The translations under genes were made by a program, and so were the position numbers. Of a stretch of 64,000 bases of DNA, positions 63,263 to 64,000 are shown piece by piece. Position 1 is the stretch's first letter. The number at the start of each line of letters is the position of its first letter. The notes below the pieces were generated by a model. It worked only from the letters and a program-made list of their open reading frames with translations, was not told the DNA's origin and searched no databases. Source of the stretch: Octopus vulgaris (taxonomy: Eukaryota); contig OX597821.1 in the NCBI GenBank assembly GCA_951406725.2, positions 46,314,001 through 46,378,000 of the forward strand, given 5' to 3'.

Positions 63263-63639
63263 TTACGTTATATAATTAGGGTTCAGTAAAATAATTTACT
63301 TTACCACACACCGAACTTTTAGAAATAGCAGCCAAAAAATTTTAGCTATTTCCTCTACTATAAGAAAAGTCTCCCAGACAATGTATACGCAAAAATAATT
63401 CACGCAGGTATAGAGGGAAATATATATATATATATATATTTATACATTGACAGACAGACAAATAGACATGTAGGCAGACAGACATACAGACACATAGACA
63501 CTTAAACATATACGTATTTGGGCTAAATTTGTCAGAAACAGAAAATATCCCATCCTAAAATAAATGCATTAAAAAAAAAGTGAAAATATCAACTAGATTA
63601 TGCCTGGGAGATAACATTTTCTCCAAAGTAGCCACTCTC

Positions 63640-64000
63640 AGTTTTCACCGCGGTATCAAGAATATGGCGACTTCAGAACATGATGACTCTAGAATATGAC
63701 GCTTGCGTTGTCCCTCTCTGTTTTCCTGGGAAGATCTTCGAAGTCCCTTTGATCTTGACCACCAGGGTTGCATACATGATAGTCACGGGATTACAATGGG
63801 AGAAATTAGTAGCTCTGAAAAATTCTCTGATGACCACTTCTGACTTTTCCAGAGGTATGACAAGGAGTCGAATCATTCTGCCACACATGGCCTTCCCCCT
63901 ACCAACAGCTACTCTCTCCAGTCAGGGATTGATTATAATCTTCACCAGCTTCACATAGCCGTCTGAACTGTTTATACACCATAGCAAACAGGTTTTATGT
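63640..64000 (-). mobile_element. Possible LINE RT remnant running off the window end
   Basis: Coding-like minus-strand sequence, ...IMYATLVVKIKG...RG.TQ..., loosely resembling the RT segment before the QG motif; weak. Confidence 0.3.

Overview
AT-rich, repeat-dense eukaryotic genomic DNA. The SINE/RTE/microsatellite make-up looks like a coleoid cephalopod (Octopus-like); this is an inference from recognised repeat families. The only host gene is the 3' part of a Polycomb PRC1 PCGF gene (BMI1/PCGF2/4/Psc class) on the + strand. Six phase-compatible exons (800-841, 1275-1392, 3955-4018, 19251-19349, 33692-33772, 34831-35889) encode the end of the post-RING helix, the RAWUL domain and a ~340-aa basic low-complexity tail; the RING exons lie upstream of the window. 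Introns and downstream DNA are filled with decayed RTE and CR1 LINEs, tRNA-derived SINEs, Tc1/mariner, pogo-like, Chapaev3-like and hAT elements, a Gypsy LTR element, Helitrons and a Penelope-like GIY-YIG remnant. The most notable unannotated signals are hammerhead ribozyme motifs: one full type-I hammerhead at 54635-54686 and several minimal Penelope-type ones. There are also four long fold-back palindromes, two of which contain hammerhead cores. Almost all short ORFs in the six-frame track are noise or repeat fragments. Repeat boundaries were read by eye and are approximate unless a TSD or TIR is quoted.
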